Shown here one piece after another: positions 14,615-25,336 of a stretch of 64,000 nucleotides of DNA. The notes beneath the pieces were generated by a model. The model was given only the letters and a program-made list of their open reading frames with translations. It was not told the DNA's origin and did not search any database. The stretch spans positions 64,001 through 128,000 of the forward strand of contig CAVXTP010000006.1 in the NCBI GenBank assembly GCA_963764715.1, given 5' to 3'. Position 1 is the first letter of the stretch. Every line of letters begins with the position of its first letter. A program made the position numbers and the translations under genes. This DNA comes from an uncultured Acidobacteriota bacterium. GTDB taxonomy: Bacteria > Acidobacteriota > Thermoanaerobaculia > UBA5066 > Gp7-AA6.

Positions 14615-15058
14615 CTAGGCGGCCGAGACCTTCAGCGGGCGAGGCTGCTGCGCCTCGTGCGGGTGCTTCGCCCCGCGGTAAACCTTGAGCTTCTTCAACT
14701 GCTTGCGTCCCATCTTGGACTTCGGAAGCATCCCTCGCACGGCGTCCTCGATCAGCCGTTCGGGGTACTTCGCCTGCTGGTCGCGCGCGGCGACGGTCTT
14801 CAGCCCGCCCGGAAAGCCGGTGTGGTGGCGATAGACCTTCACGTCGATCTTGGTGCCCGTCAGCTTGATCTTCTCGGCGTTGGTGACGACCACGAAGTCG
14901 CCCATGTCGAGGTACGGCACGTAGTTCGCCCGGTGCTTCCCGGACAGAATCTTCGCGACGCGGCTCGCGAGCCGGCCGAGGACCTGGCCGGTGGCGTCGA
15001 CCACGAACCAGTCGTGGCGGACGTCGGCCAACTTCACCGTCGATGTGCCAGAAGCCAT
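14615..15058 (-). CDS. rplM: 50S ribosomal protein L13
   Basis: WFVVDATGQVLGRLAS, HTGFPGGLK, VRGMLPK, HPHEAQQP. Confidence 0.99.
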   Translation of the reverse strand: MASGTSTVKLADVRHDWFVVDATGQVLGRLASRVAKILSGKHRANYVPYLDMGDFVVVTNAEKIKLTGTKIDVKVYRHHTGFPGGLKTVAARDQQAKYPERLIEDAVRGMLPKSKMGRKQLKKLKVYRGAKHPHEAQQPRPLKVSAA

Positions 15059-15141
15059 CTGCAAACCCCTAGTTCCAAGACTCTCAAGGTAGGCCGCGCC
15101 GAGGCTGGCCCGGGCGGAACCCCCGTTTTCGAGGGCGCGTA

Positions 15142-15170
15142 AGAATACGTAAGCGGGCAGGGCGTGTCAA
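15142..15170 (-). promoter_or_regulatory. sigma70-type promoter of rplM
   Basis: TTGACA-N17-TATTCT on the minus strand. Confidence 0.8.
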
Positions 15171-15230
15171 CCGGGACGAGAGGGCGGCCGGCCGGGTCTC
15201 CCGGGCGCCGTTCCCGCCGGAGGGCCGGTG

Positions 15231-17167
15231 CTACAGGCCGAACGTCCTCACCAGGAAAGTCGCCATCTGGGCCCGCGCCGTGCCCGCCGACGGGCAGTAG
15301 TTCCCGCCCCCGCACCCCACCGTAACGCCTTCGGCCGCGAGTTGATTGATCCAGTCGACGAACGGCGCGCCCGGGCACGGCACGTCGGCGAACACGGTCG
15401 CCGAGCAGGCCGGAGGCGCGTACGCGCCTCCGTGCTCGCCCTTCAGGAGGAAGACGGCCATCTGGGCGCGCGTCAGGGGGCTGTCGGGGCAGTAGTTTCC
15501 GCCGCCGCAGCCGGCGGTCACCCCCTCGGAGGAGAGCCCGTTGATCCAGTCGACGAAGGCGCCGCCCGGGCACGGCACGTCGGCGAAGACCGTCGCCGAG
15601 CACGCGGGGGGCGCGTAGCTCCGCCGTGCTCGCCCTTGAGGATGAAGACGGCCATCTGCGACCGCGTGACGGACTCGGCGGGACAGTAGATCCCGGCGCC
15701 GCATCCGCCCGTGATGGCGGCGCGGAAGATGGTCTCGATGTCGCTGTGGAACGGGTTCGCCTGCGGCACGTCGGAGAAATCCGCGAACCACCCGTCCGCC
15801 AGCGTGCCAGCCCCGAGGCCCGGGTTCGTCACGACGACGTCGTTCAGGGTTCCGGCCGCGAGCGACGGCGTGGACGCCGCGATCTCGCCGCCGCCGACGA
15901 CCGTCACCGATCCCGCCGCGGCGCCGCCGATCGTGACCGTGGCACCATCCACGAAGTTGGCTCCACCGATCGAAACCGCGGTGCCCCCGGCCGCCGGACC
16001 CGAAGTCGGCGTAATCGTCGAAACGGTGGGGTCGGGCCCGGACCCCGCGTAGCTGACGCGATAGACCTTGCCTTCGCCCCGCGCGATGTAGAGGAGGCGA
16101 CCCTCGGCGTCGACGTGCACGTCGACGGGGTTCGAGATCCCGGTCGCGAAGGTCGTCGCGGCCGGCGAGCCTGACGCCGGGTCGACCGCCCTGATCCAGC
16201 CCGCGCAGTAGTCGGCGAAGAAGTACTTGCCGACGTAGCCCGCCGGGAACTGCGGGACCGAGGGATCGTAGAACGACCCCCCGGCGATCGAGCACGCGCC
16301 GCCCGAGTGCGAATAGTAGAAGAACGGGTCCTTGAACTCCGGGTGGCCGCAGGGAGTGGTCGTGTCCTTGAGATACGGCCCCTCGCAGATGGCCCAGCCG
16401 TAGTCGCTCCCGGCGATCCCGTCGTTGATCTCCTCCCAGGTGGATGCGCCGACGTCGTTGATGAAGATGCGCCCCGTCACGGGGTGCACGGCGAACGTGA
16501 ACGGGTTGCGGAGACCGAGCGCCCAGATCGCACGGTTATCGCCGGTCGCGATGTCGTAGAACGGATTGTCGGTGGGGATCAGGGCGTCCGGGGGAACGCC
16601 GATGCGCAGGAGCTTGCCGAGCAGATTGGTCAGGACGCGCGCGTTGCCGGGCGTCGCGTTCTCGCCGACCCCGGCGTAGAGCTTCCCGTCGGCGCCGAAG
16701 TGGATGGCTCCGCCGTTGTGGTTGGTCGCGGCCGAGAGGTCGTTCAACTCGAGCAGCGGAAGCTCGCTCCCGACGGCCGCGACGTCGCCGTCGGCCGTCA
16801 GGCGCGAGATCCGGTTGTGCGGCGGCGAGCCCGGGACGGTGTAGTACACGTAGACGTACTGGTTCGTGGCGAAGTTCGGGTCGAAGGCCACGCCGAGCAG
16901 GCCCCGCTCGCCGGCGGGGTCGACAGTCATGGTCACGAACGGAGTCGCCAGCAGCGCCCCGTTCTTGATCACCCGGAGGGCCCCCGTCTGCTGGCAGACG
17001 AAGATGCGCCCGTCGGGAGCGATCGCCATCGCGGTCGGCTGCGACATGCCGCTCCACGAAATCTCGCTGAACCCCGGCGGCAGCGTCGCGCCGAAGACGG
17101 CGGCGGCGCCCGCGAGCAGGACGACGGCCACGAGGCGCGGGAGCGTCGGAGTCTTGAGCGTCGTCAT
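15231..17167 (-). CDS. secreted PQQ-dependent glucose/sorbosone dehydrogenase-family protein with IPT/TIG domain and 3 SLH-like repeats (indel near 15620)
   Basis: Signal peptide; [31 protein letters not shown]; PTVSTITPTSGPAAGGT; CGGGNYCP..TRAQMAVF repeats. Confidence 0.85.
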
Positions 17168-17176
17168 CGGATCCCG

Positions 17177-17206
17177 ACGCTACGACGCAAATCTCGTGCC
17201 CGTCAA
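17177..17206 (-). promoter_or_regulatory. sigma70-type promoter with very short leader
   Basis: TTGACG-N18-TAGCGT, 9 nt before the ATG at 17167. Confidence 0.5.
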
Positions 17207-17208
17207 CC

Positions 17209-20200
17209 TCAAGGCCGCGGCGCAGGCGGCCGGAGCCCCGGAAGACTCTGCACGGGCGCGCGCCCCGCGGACAGGGCGAGCGAGAAGGTGCGGACGAGGA
17301 AAGTCGCCATCTGCTGGCGCAGCGTGGCCGAGGCCGGGCAGAACTTGCCTCCGCCGCAGCCGGCGCTGATTCCTTCGGCCGCGAGGCGCTCGATCCAGGC
17401 GGCGTAGGCTCCCGGACACGGCACGTCAGAAAACACGCCGCCGCAGGCCGGCGGAACGTAATCGGAGCCGTGCTCGGCCCGGAGCAGCATGACCGACATC
17501 TGCTGGCGGGTCACCGGCGCGTCCGGGCAGTAGCTCAGCGGCGCCACGGCGCAGCCCGACGTGATCCCGCGCGCGTAGAGGTCCTCGATCCAGTCGGCGG
17601 CAAAGGCTCCCGCCGGTACGTCGGCGAAGACCGTCCCGGTCGCCGCGGGAGGCGTGTAGGAGGACCCCAGGGACGCCTTGAGGATCAGGACCGCCATCTG
17701 GGCCCGGGTCACGGCATCGACCGGACAGTAGATTCCGGCGCCGCAGCCGCCGGTCACGCCGCTCCGGACGATCGACTCGATGTCGCCATGGAAGCCGTTG
17801 GATTGCGGCACATCCGCGAAATCGGCGAACCAGCCTCGGGCCAGGGTCCCCGAGGCGCCGCCCGGATTGGCGACCGTCACGTCGTGAAGCGCGCCGGCCG
17901 GGCGCGCGGGTGCCTTCGCGGTCATCTGTGTCGAGTTGACGAAAACGACGCTCGTCGCGGACGCGCCGCCGATCTTCACCGTCGCGCCGGAGACGAAGCC
18001 GGCGCCCCCGATCGCCACGGAGGTCCCTCCGGCGGCCGCCCCTGACCCCGGCGCGATGCTCGAGACCGAGGGGGCGCCCGGCAGGGGCGTGGGAGTGCGC
18101 GTGGGCGTCGAACTCGCCGTGAAAGTCCGCGTGGCCGTTCGGGTGGCGGTGCGGGTGGGCGTCGGGCTCGCGGTGAAAGTCCGGGTCGCCGTTGGCGTCG
18201 CGGTGCGAGTCGGCGTCGAGGTCGAGGGGACAGGCGTTGCCGTGCGGGAGCGCGTGACCGTCGCCGTCCACGTCGCGGTGCGTGTCGGTGTTCGTGTCGG
18301 GCTCGCAGTCGACGTCGGGGTACGGCTCGGCGTCAGAGTTGGCGTCCGGCTCGCGGTCGGCGTCGCGGTGCGTGTGGGCGTCCGTGTCGGGGTTCGAGTC
18401 GCCGTGAACGTCGGGGTCCGGGTCGGCGTGCGGGTGGGGGTCGCGGTCAGCGTCGGCGTGGGGCTCGGTCCGCCGTTGAACACGGCGGTGTAGGTCGTCG
18501 CGCTCGCGGGCGTCGAGATGTCGTGGCTACGGGCTCCCCCGTCCGACCACGAAACCCAGTTGTAGGTCGTCCCGCCGGAGGACTGGGGCGAAGGCGCCGA
18601 GATCGACCGGGTCATGTTGACGACGCCGGTCACCGCGATCGGTGCGGTGAAGGGTTGGCCGTCGATCGTGACCTGCAGACCCGCCGGGCTCGTGGCGAAG
18701 GTCATCGTGGCGGTCTTCGGGAGCACGTCACGGTACGTCTCGGCGGTCAGGCCGACGGAATCGACGACCGCCAGGTGAATCCGATACCAGACGTTCGGCG
18801 ACGTCTCGCCGACCGTGGGCACGACGAAGGAGCCGCTGGCCGAACCGCTCGTCGGGGGAATGAAGGGATGGATGTGCGTGTCGTGGTGGAAGTTCACCCA
18901 CCAGGTCAGCGCGCTCGCAGGCAGGTTTCCGTCCTCCGGATCGGTGCCGGAGCCCGCGTAGTTGATGGTCGAGTTGCCCTGGTAGGTCGAGCCGGGCGAC
19001 GGAGCACTGATGGTCGCCGTCGGCGCTGCGTTGTTGAGCACCGTGAGGATGGCCTGCGCGCTCGTCGCGCTGCCGGAGCCGTTCGTGACGATGCACCGAT
19101 ACTGGCTCCCGTTGTCCCCGAGGGCGAGCGTCGGCGTCGTATAGGACGGCAGAGTGGCGTTGGTGATGTTCGCGCTGTTCTTCTGCCACTGGTACGACAG
19201 CGGCGCCGCCCCGCTCGCCGAGACGTCGAAAGTCGCCGTCGACCCGACCGCGACCGTCTGGCTCGCGGGATCCTCCGTGATGATGGGCGCGCTCGACCCG
19301 GTGTACGTGACCTTGTACACGCGGTTGTTCCCGCGGGCGAGGTAGTAGAGGTTGCCCTCGAAATCCACGTGGATGTCGACCGGGCTGGAGATCCCCGTGG
19401 CGAAGTCGGTGGCCGTCAGAGTGGCCGTGTCGAGTCGCTTGATCCAGCCGCCATTGCTCCCGCCGATTCCGCAGTAGTCCGCGAAGAAATAGTCGCCCGT
19501 GTAGTCGGCGGGAAACTGGGGAATCTGGGGGTTGTAGAAGTCGCCTCCCGTGATCGCGCAGGGGTTCGACCCCGCGCTGCTGTAGTAGTAGAAGGGATCG
19601 GTGTACGCCGGGTTGGGCGGGCTACAAGGACTCTCGCAGTCCGGCCAGCCGTAGTTGGCCCCCGCGAGCCCGTCGTTGATCTCCTCCCAGGTGTACTGGC
19701 CCACGTCATTGATGAAAATTCGTCCGGTGAAGGGCTGCACCGCGAACGAGAAGGGGTTGCGCAACCCCAGGGCCCAGATCTCTCCCCTCGCTCCGCCCAC
19801 GCCGACGAACGGATTGTCCGAGGGGATGGTGCCGTCCGAATTGATTCGGAGCAACTTCCCGAGCAGGTTGCCGAGATTCTGGGAGTTTCCCGGGGACGCG
19901 TTCTCCCCGACTCCGATGTAGAGCTTCCCGTCCAGGCCGAAATGCAGGGCGCCGCCGTTGTGGTTGGTTGCTGCCGAGAGGTTGTTGAGTTCCAGCAGGA
20001 TCAGCTCGCTGCCGGGGACGGCCACATCACCGTTTGCGGTGAGCCTGCTCGTACGGTTGTGCGACGGAGTGCCGGGGACCGTGTAGTAAACGTAAACGTA
20101 ATGGTTGGTGACGAAATTCGGATCGAAAGCCACGCCCAGCAAGCCGCGCTCACCCGTCAAATCCACGGTGAGGGTCACGAAGGGGGTCGGCAGCAGCACG

Positions 20201-20391
20201 CCGTTCTTGATCACGCGCAGCGTTCCACCCTGTTCGCAAACGAAGACACGCCCGTCCGGGGCGACCGCCATGGCCGTCGCCAGCGTCAAGCCAGAGACGG
20301 ACGTCTCCGTGAAGCCGGCCGGAAGCGTCGCCGCCGGCACACCGGTCCGGGCAGCCAGCGATAGGGCAATGGCGAGGCTCAGTCGTTTCAT
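17209..20391 (-). CDS. secreted PQQ-dependent sugar dehydrogenase-family protein with Ig and PKD-like domains, Pro/Thr linker, IPT and 3 SLH-like repeats
   Basis: Intact ORF; signal [10 protein letters not shown]; GERGLLG, NHNGG, GLRNPF; [14 protein letters not shown] (Ig); GTDPEDG; TPTRT linker; TRAQMA repeats. Confidence 0.88.
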   Translation of the reverse strand: MKRLSLAIALSLAARTGVPAATLPAGFTETSVSGLTLATAMAVAPDGRVFVCEQGGTLRVIKNGVLLPTPFVTLTVDLTGERGLLGVAFDPNFVTNHYVYVYYTVPGTPSHNRTSRLTANGDVAVPGSELILLELNNLSAATNHNGGALHFGLDGKLYIGVGENASPGNSQNLGNLLGKLLRINSDGTIPSDNPFVGVGGARGEIWALGLRNPFSFAVQPFTGRIFINDVGQYTWEEINDGLAGANYGWPDCESPCSPPNPAYTDPFYYYSSAGSNPCAITGGDFYNPQIPQFPADYTGDYFFADYCGIGGSNGGWIKRLDTATLTATDFATGISSPVDIHVDFEGNLYYLARGNNRVYKVTYTGSSAPIITEDPASQTVAVGSTATFDVSASGAAPLSYQWQKNSANITNATLPSYTTPTLALGDNGSQYRCIVTNGSGSATSAQAILTVLNNAAPTATISAPSPGSTYQGNSTINYAGSGTDPEDGNLPASALTWWVNFHHDTHIHPFIPPTSGSASGSFVVPTVGETSPNVWYRIHLAVVDSVGLTAETYRDVLPKTATMTFATSPAGLQVTIDGQPFTAPIAVTGVVNMTRSISAPSPQSSGGTTYNWVSWSDGGARSHDISTPASATTYTAVFNGGPSPTPTLTATPTRTPTRTPTFTATRTPTRTPTRTATPTASRTPTLTPSRTPTSTASPTRTPTRTATWTATVTRSRTATPVPSTSTPTRTATPTATRTFTASPTPTRTATRTATRTFTASSTPTRTPTPLPGAPSVSSIAPGSGAAAGGTSVAIGGAGFVSGATVKIGGASATSVVFVNSTQMTAKAPARPAGALHDVTVANPGGASGTLARGWFADFADVPQSNGFHGDIESIVRSGVTGGCGAGIYCPVDAVTRAQMAVLILKASLGSSYTPPAATGTVFADVPAGAFAADWIEDLYARGITSGCAVAPLSYCPDAPVTRQQMSVMLLRAEHGSDYVPPACGGVFSDVPCPGAYAAWIERLAAEGISAGCGGGKFCPASATLRQQMATFLVRTFSLALSAGRAPVQSLPGLRPPAPRP

Positions 20392-20414
20392 GCGCAGTTG
20401 TGACGGGAGGCACA

Positions 20415-20443
20415 AAGCTATGCCGCCGCAGGCAGCCTGTCAA
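20415..20443 (-). promoter_or_regulatory. sigma70-type promoter
   Basis: TTGACA-N17-TAGCTT on the minus strand. Confidence 0.7.
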
Positions 20444-20506
20444 ACGGCTCCGCGACGCCTCCGGGCGGGTCGGCGCCCGCGAATCCTTTAACATCCATCC
20501 CCAGGC

Positions 20507-21713
20507 ATGCCAGAGCCCGAGCACCGTTCACCCGACTCGCGGCCGCGGGTGCCGGTGCTCGTCCTCGGAAAGGGCATCACGGCGCTCGGCGCCGTGCGGG
20601 CTCTCGGCCGCCGCGGAACGCCCCTGTTCGTCGCCGGAACGCCGGGGAGCATCGTGACGGGCTCCCGATGGTATCGACGGCTCCCCGGGGAGCCGCTCGA
20701 CGAAGCGTCCGACGGCGACCTGGCCGCGAGGCTCGCCGGCCTCGCGATTGCGAAGATGGTGCTCCTTCCCTGCTCGGACGCCTGGGTGATGTCCGTCAGC
20801 CGGCTGCCGTCCGACCTCCGCGAGCGCTTTCCCGCGAGCATCGGCACGACCGAAACGCTCCTGCGGCTGACGGACAAGGGTCGGTTCGCCGAGACTCTCG
20901 CCGAGCTCGACGTTCCCCGCCCCGGGACGTACCTCCTGAGGGATGCGCGCGCGCTCGACGCCGTGCCCGAGGAGTCGTTCCGGACGTCCTTCCTGAAGCC
21001 CGTCAACTCCGGCCGCTTTGCAAGCCAGTACGGGGTCAAGGCGATTCGCCCGACGGGGCCCGCGCACGCGAGAGCGCTCGTGGCCGAGGCCGCCGGGAAG
21101 GGGCTGGAGCTCATCCTCCAGGAGTTCATCCCCGGCCCGCCCACGCTTCCATCATTTCCTGGACGGCTTCATCGACCGCCGCGGGCGCGTCTGCGGCCTC
21201 CTCGCCCGCCGGCGGATTCGGATGTTTCCGCCGGACTTCGGGAACAGCACGTTCACCGAGAGCATCGACCTCGACGCGATGGCGCCGGCCCGGGACGCGC
21301 TTCTTCGCCTGCTCGAGGCCATCCGATATCGCGGAGTGTTCAGCGCCGAGTTCAAGTTCGACGAGCGCGACGGGCTCTTCAAGCTCCTGGAGGTCAACGC
21401 GCGCCCGTGGTGGTTCGTCGGATTCGCGGCGGCCTGCGGAGTGGACGTGTGCGGGATGGCCCTCCGCGACGCCCTCGGAGAGGACGTGGAGCCGGTCTCG
21501 ACGTACGCGGTCGGCCGGCGATGCGTCTACGGACGGCGGGACATGGACGGCTGGAGGGCGCAGCCCCGGGCGAGCCGCCCCCCGCTCGTGTCGCTGTTGC
21601 GCTCCTGGGTCGGGGCGCAGCAGCTCACGTTCTCGATGGACGATCCCCGCCCCGGCCTGCGCGAGCTGCTCGGATCGATCCGCACGAGGATCCGGCGGAG
21701 GCTCGGTCGTTGA
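20507..21713 (+). CDS. ATP-grasp carboxylate-amine ligase (D-aspartate-ligase-like; indel near 21150)
   Basis: ALGAVRALGRRG, DKGRF, FLKP, LQEFIPG, then EFKFDERDG..KLLEVNARPW in the next frame. Confidence 0.82.
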
Positions 21714-22771
21714 AGGCCGAGCTCGAGGTCCGGCTCCTCGGCGAGTCCGACTATCCGGAGTGGAACCGGCTCGTCGCGGCCTCCGACGAAGGGTCGATCT
21801 ACAGCATGCCGGAGTACCTCGAGATCCTCTGCGAGGCCGCCGGCGGGCGGTTCCGCATCCTCGCGGCCGGGCGAGGCGGGGACCTCCTCGGCGGCGTGGG
21901 CCTCTACGAGCGGACCTCGCGTTTCGGCGTCTACGTATCGCCCCGTCTCCTTCTGTACTACAACGGCATCGTGCTCCTCCCCTCGGAGTCGCGTTACCCG
22001 TCGCAGCGCACGGCCCGGCGCAACGAGACTCTCGCCGCGCTCGGCGACGGCCTCGGCCGCCTCGGGTACGGCCGCATCGCCCTGCGCTGCGCGAGCTCTC
22101 TGGCCGACGTCCGGGTGCTTCTCGCCCGGGGCTGGACCGCCCGTCCCCAGTACAGTTACGTCGTGCCGCTGACCGACCTCGAGGCCCTCCGCGGGCGCAT
22201 GGAGCAGAACCTGCGCCGGCTGGTCGACCGCTGCGCCGCGCAGGGCGTGACGGTCACCGAGGACGACGACTTCGACTCCTTCTTCCGGCTTCACGCGCAG
22301 ATCCACGAGCGCAAGGGCGCGCGCCTCTACCTGCCCGAGTCGGCATTCCGCCGGTACTTCGACCGTCTCCACTCCCGGGGGCTCGCGCGCCTCTTCCACG
22401 CGCGGCTGCCCGGAGGCCAGTCGATCTCCACCCAGCTCGTTCTGACCGGACCGCATCCCGTCTCGCACACCGTCAGCGCCGGCTCGGACGCGGCGCATCT
22501 CAAGCTCGGGGCCACGGCCTTTCTCCGCTGGAGCGTCTTCCGCCGGCTGGCGGAGCTCGGCCACACCGCCAACGATCTGACCGACGCCGAGCTCTCGCCG
22601 GTCACGCACTTCAAGGCGCAGCTCGGCGGCGATCTCCGGATGTCCCACTGGCTGGAGGCCCCGGAATCGGCGCGCTTCCGGCTCGAGCGAGCGGGACGCT
22701 CGCTCGGACGATTCGCGCGGAAGACCGTCCGCCGCGTGAAGCGGCGGCTTTCCGGCGGGAGGCGCGGATGA
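21710..22771 (+). CDS. GNAT/FemAB-like (acetyltransferase_6) protein
   Basis: TTG start overlaps the upstream stop; WNRLV...SIY, FDSFFRLH, DL..., HFKAQLGG typical of the FemAB-like fold. Confidence 0.75.
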   Translation: MKAELEVRLLGESDYPEWNRLVAASDEGSIYSMPEYLEILCEAAGGRFRILAAGRGGDLLGGVGLYERTSRFGVYVSPRLLLYYNGIVLLPSESRYPSQRTARRNETLAALGDGLGRLGYGRIALRCASSLADVRVLLARGWTARPQYSYVVPLTDLEALRGRMEQNLRRLVDRCAAQGVTVTEDDDFDSFFRLHAQIHERKGARLYLPESAFRRYFDRLHSRGLARLFHARLPGGQSISTQLVLTGPHPVSHTVSAGSDAAHLKLGATAFLRWSVFRRLAELGHTANDLTDAELSPVTHFKAQLGGDLRMSHWLEAPESARFRLERAGRSLGRFARKTVRRVKRRLSGGRRG

Positions 22772-24435
22772 GGGGCGCGGATCGTCTCTGCGGTGCGCTC
22801 GAGGACATCGGAGTGGAGACCCTGTTCGGCCTTCCGGGGTCGCAGAACGTGGCGCTCTTCGACGCCCTGCGCACCTCGCGGATCCGCACGGTCGTGGCCA
22901 CGCACGAGCTCGCCGCCTCGTTCATGGCGAATGGCTACGCCCGCGCGAGCGGGCGGCCGGGCGTCCTCGTCACGATCCCGGGCCCCGGGTTCACGTACGC
23001 CCTCACCGGCCTCGCCGAAGCGTTCCTCGACTCGACCCCCCTGCTGCACCTCCTCGGCCAGCCCGCGGTCGAGCCCGGCCGCCGGTTCCAGCTCCAGGCG
23101 CTCGACCAGCGTTCGGTGGCCAGCCCCATCGTCAAGCGGGTGTTCGAGGCGGGCAGCCTCGACCGGATCGAGGAGCTTCTCCGCGAGGCCTACGACCTGT
23201 GTCTCGCGGGAGAGCCGGGCCCCGTCGTCGTCCACCTTCCCGTCAACCTCGGTGCCGAGGCGGGCGACCTGCGGCCCGTGCCGCCGCCGGCGCCCGCGGC
23301 GACCCTTCCGTCGGTGGACGAGCTCGAGCGGCGGCTGACCGCGGCCCGCCGCCCCCTGCTGTACGTCGGACAGGGCGCGGCGGGAGCGGCCGAAGATCTC
23401 CGGGAGCTCGTGGAGTCCCTCCGGGCGCCGGTCCTGACGACGACTTCGGCCCGCGGGGTCCTTTCGGAGGACCACCCCTGGGTCGTGCCGTTCGATCGGG
23501 GAGGCTCGGACGCTCTCAACGAGCTCGTGGCCTCGAGCGACCTCGTTCTGGCGCTCGGCTGCAAGTTCTCGCACAACGGAGCCCACGGCTTTCGTCTGCG
23601 GTTCCCGCCCGACCGCCTGGTCCACGTGGACGCTTCATCCGAGGTCCTCGGCGCGAACTACGAAACGTCCCTCGCCCTCCTGGCCGACGTTCCCTGGCTG
23701 ATCCGGACCCTGCGCGACCAGCGGCGGACCGCGGGCCGCACGACGCGCTCCGAGTGGAGGGAGGGCGAGATCGGGGCCTGGCGACAGCGCGCCTTCGAAC
23801 GCTACAAGATCGACTGGGAGCCGCGCGTCCGGGGCCTCAACCCGCCGACGACGCAGGAGTTCTTCGCCGCACTCGGACGCGTCATGCCGTCGGACTCGTC
23901 TCTCGTTCTCGACTCCGGCCTCCACCAGATGCTGGCGCGGCGTCACTTCCGGGTCCAGTCGCCGCGGGGGCTCATCCTTCCGACCGATCTTCAGTCCATG
24001 GGTTTCGCGCTGCCGGCGGCCGTCGGCGCGAAACTCGCCCGGCCCGACCGCACCGTCGTCGCGCTCATCGGGGATGGCGGCTTCGCCATGTCCGGCATGG
24101 AGCTGCTGACCGCCGTCCGCGAGCGGCTGCGCCTCGCCGTGATCGTCTTCAAGGACGGCCATTACGGGCTCATCCGAAAGCAGCAGCTCGGCGCCTACCG
24201 CCACGCTTACGGCACGAAGCTCCACAACCCGGACTTCCAGGCCGTGGCCGAAGCCGCGGGGGCCCGATACCTGAAGCTCGGAGACGACGCCGAACGGACG
24301 CTGCACCGGGCGGTCCGGAGCTCGGGCGTGACGGTGGTCGAAGTCGCCCTGCGCGATCCCGGACGGGAACGAATCCGGCGCCTCCGGCGGTCGTTCACGA
24401 GCCGGGTCCGAAGCTGGCTCTCGGGCGGGCGCTGA
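22768..24435 (+). CDS. thiamine diphosphate-dependent enzyme, acetolactate synthase large-subunit family
   Basis: FGLPGSQN, HELAASFMANGYAR, PGPG, SMGFALPAAVGA, GDGGF ThDP motif. Confidence 0.9.
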   Translation: MRGADRLCGALEDIGVETLFGLPGSQNVALFDALRTSRIRTVVATHELAASFMANGYARASGRPGVLVTIPGPGFTYALTGLAEAFLDSTPLLHLLGQPAVEPGRRFQLQALDQRSVASPIVKRVFEAGSLDRIEELLREAYDLCLAGEPGPVVVHLPVNLGAEAGDLRPVPPPAPAATLPSVDELERRLTAARRPLLYVGQGAAGAAEDLRELVESLRAPVLTTTSARGVLSEDHPWVVPFDRGGSDALNELVASSDLVLALGCKFSHNGAHGFRLRFPPDRLVHVDASSEVLGANYETSLALLADVPWLIRTLRDQRRTAGRTTRSEWREGEIGAWRQRAFERYKIDWEPRVRGLNPPTTQEFFAALGRVMPSDSSLVLDSGLHQMLARRHFRVQSPRGLILPTDLQSMGFALPAAVGAKLARPDRTVVALIGDGGFAMSGMELLTAVRERLRLAVIVFKDGHYGLIRKQQLGAYRHAYGTKLHNPDFQAVAEAAGARYLKLGDDAERTLHRAVRSSGVTVVEVALRDPGRERIRRLRRSFTSRVRSWLSGGR

Positions 24436-24483
24436 GAGCGACGGCCCGGACGGACGTTCGGCCGCGCGCGCAAGCGCGGGCTC

Positions 24484-25164
24484 TCAGGAAGGCGTTCGGT
24501 CGAGCTGGGTGTAGGTCAGGAGGATGAGGTCCGCGCGGCGACGCACGCCGTACTTCGCCAGCAGATTGGAGACGTGGAACTTCGCCGTCCGCTCCGACAT
24601 GTTGAGCTTGCTCGCGATCTCCTTGTTGGAGAGGTTCTCGAGCAGCGCCTCGAGGACTTCCTTCTCGCGGCGGGAGAGGCGCGTCGGCCCGGCCGGGCCG
24701 CGCGGCCGGCGGACGGAGCTGATCGTCTCGTCGACGAAGCGCGAGAGCAGGGCCCGGGGCACCCAGAATCCCCCGCTCGCGACCTCCTCGACCGCGCGCA
24801 GCAGCTGCTCGGAGGCCTCGGCGAAAGTCAGCAGCCCCTTGGCTCCGAGACGCAGCAACGGGAACGCGACGGACTGATCGAACTTCTCGGCCACGACGAC
24901 CACGCGCGCCGCCGGCTGACGGCCGAGGACGCCGACCACGAGCGCCTCGGTGGTCGGCCGATGCGCGTGGCTCTCGAGCACGTAGACGCCGGCCCGCGGA
25001 ACGTTGAGCTTCGCCGGATCGGCGATGAGATCGGGCTCGAGGCGCCGGGGGTGAACCACGATCGATTCGCTTTCCAGGAGGCGCTCGAACTCCGAGAGCA
25101 CCAGCGGATGGAACGCCAGAAGGCACACCGAAGCCCGCCGGGAAGAGCGCGCAGCCTTTGACAC
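24484..25164 (-). CDS. NarL/LuxR-family regulator with atypical receiver domain (VpsT/CsgD-like)
   Basis: LSRREKEVL..SNKEIASKLNMSERTAKFHVSNLLAK HTH; GAKG receiver remnant; GTG at 25164 preceded by TACCCT-N7. Confidence 0.88.
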   Translation of the reverse strand: MSKAARSSRRASVCLLAFHPLVLSEFERLLESESIVVHPRRLEPDLIADPAKLNVPRAGVYVLESHAHRPTTEALVVGVLGRQPAARVVVVAEKFDQSVAFPLLRLGAKGLLTFAEASEQLLRAVEEVASGGFWVPRALLSRFVDETISSVRRPRGPAGPTRLSRREKEVLEALLENLSNKEIASKLNMSERTAKFHVSNLLAKYGVRRRADLILLTYTQLDRTPS

Positions 25165-25243
25165 TGCCTCGAGGGTACGGGATTTGAGCTTCCGGGGCAA
25201 GCGACCCACTGGCCTTCGGGACAGGGCCTTCCCCCATCCTGTC

Positions 25244-25301
25244 CTGTACGAAGTGAGGACTCCGGGAACAGTAGCCCCCATCCGGGTGTTCGCCCTAGTC
25301 T
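25244..25301 (+). promoter_or_regulatory. conserved box + -10 element, copy 1
   Basis: CTGTACGAAGT-N14-CAGT, 23 nt, TAGTCT; AGGAG SD before ATG 25337. Confidence 0.65.
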
Positions 25302-25336
25302 CGAAATCCAATTCTCTTTAATAGGAGCCCGATCCC

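Noticed and set aside
20507-24435. 754-aa and 1255-aa fusion ORFs in the track
   Set aside because: Caused by the indel near 21150 and stop-poor frames; three separate genes with 4-nt overlaps fit better.
22768-24435. ilvB assignment
   Set aside because: No ilvN/ilvC neighbours and divergent active-site motifs; left at family level.
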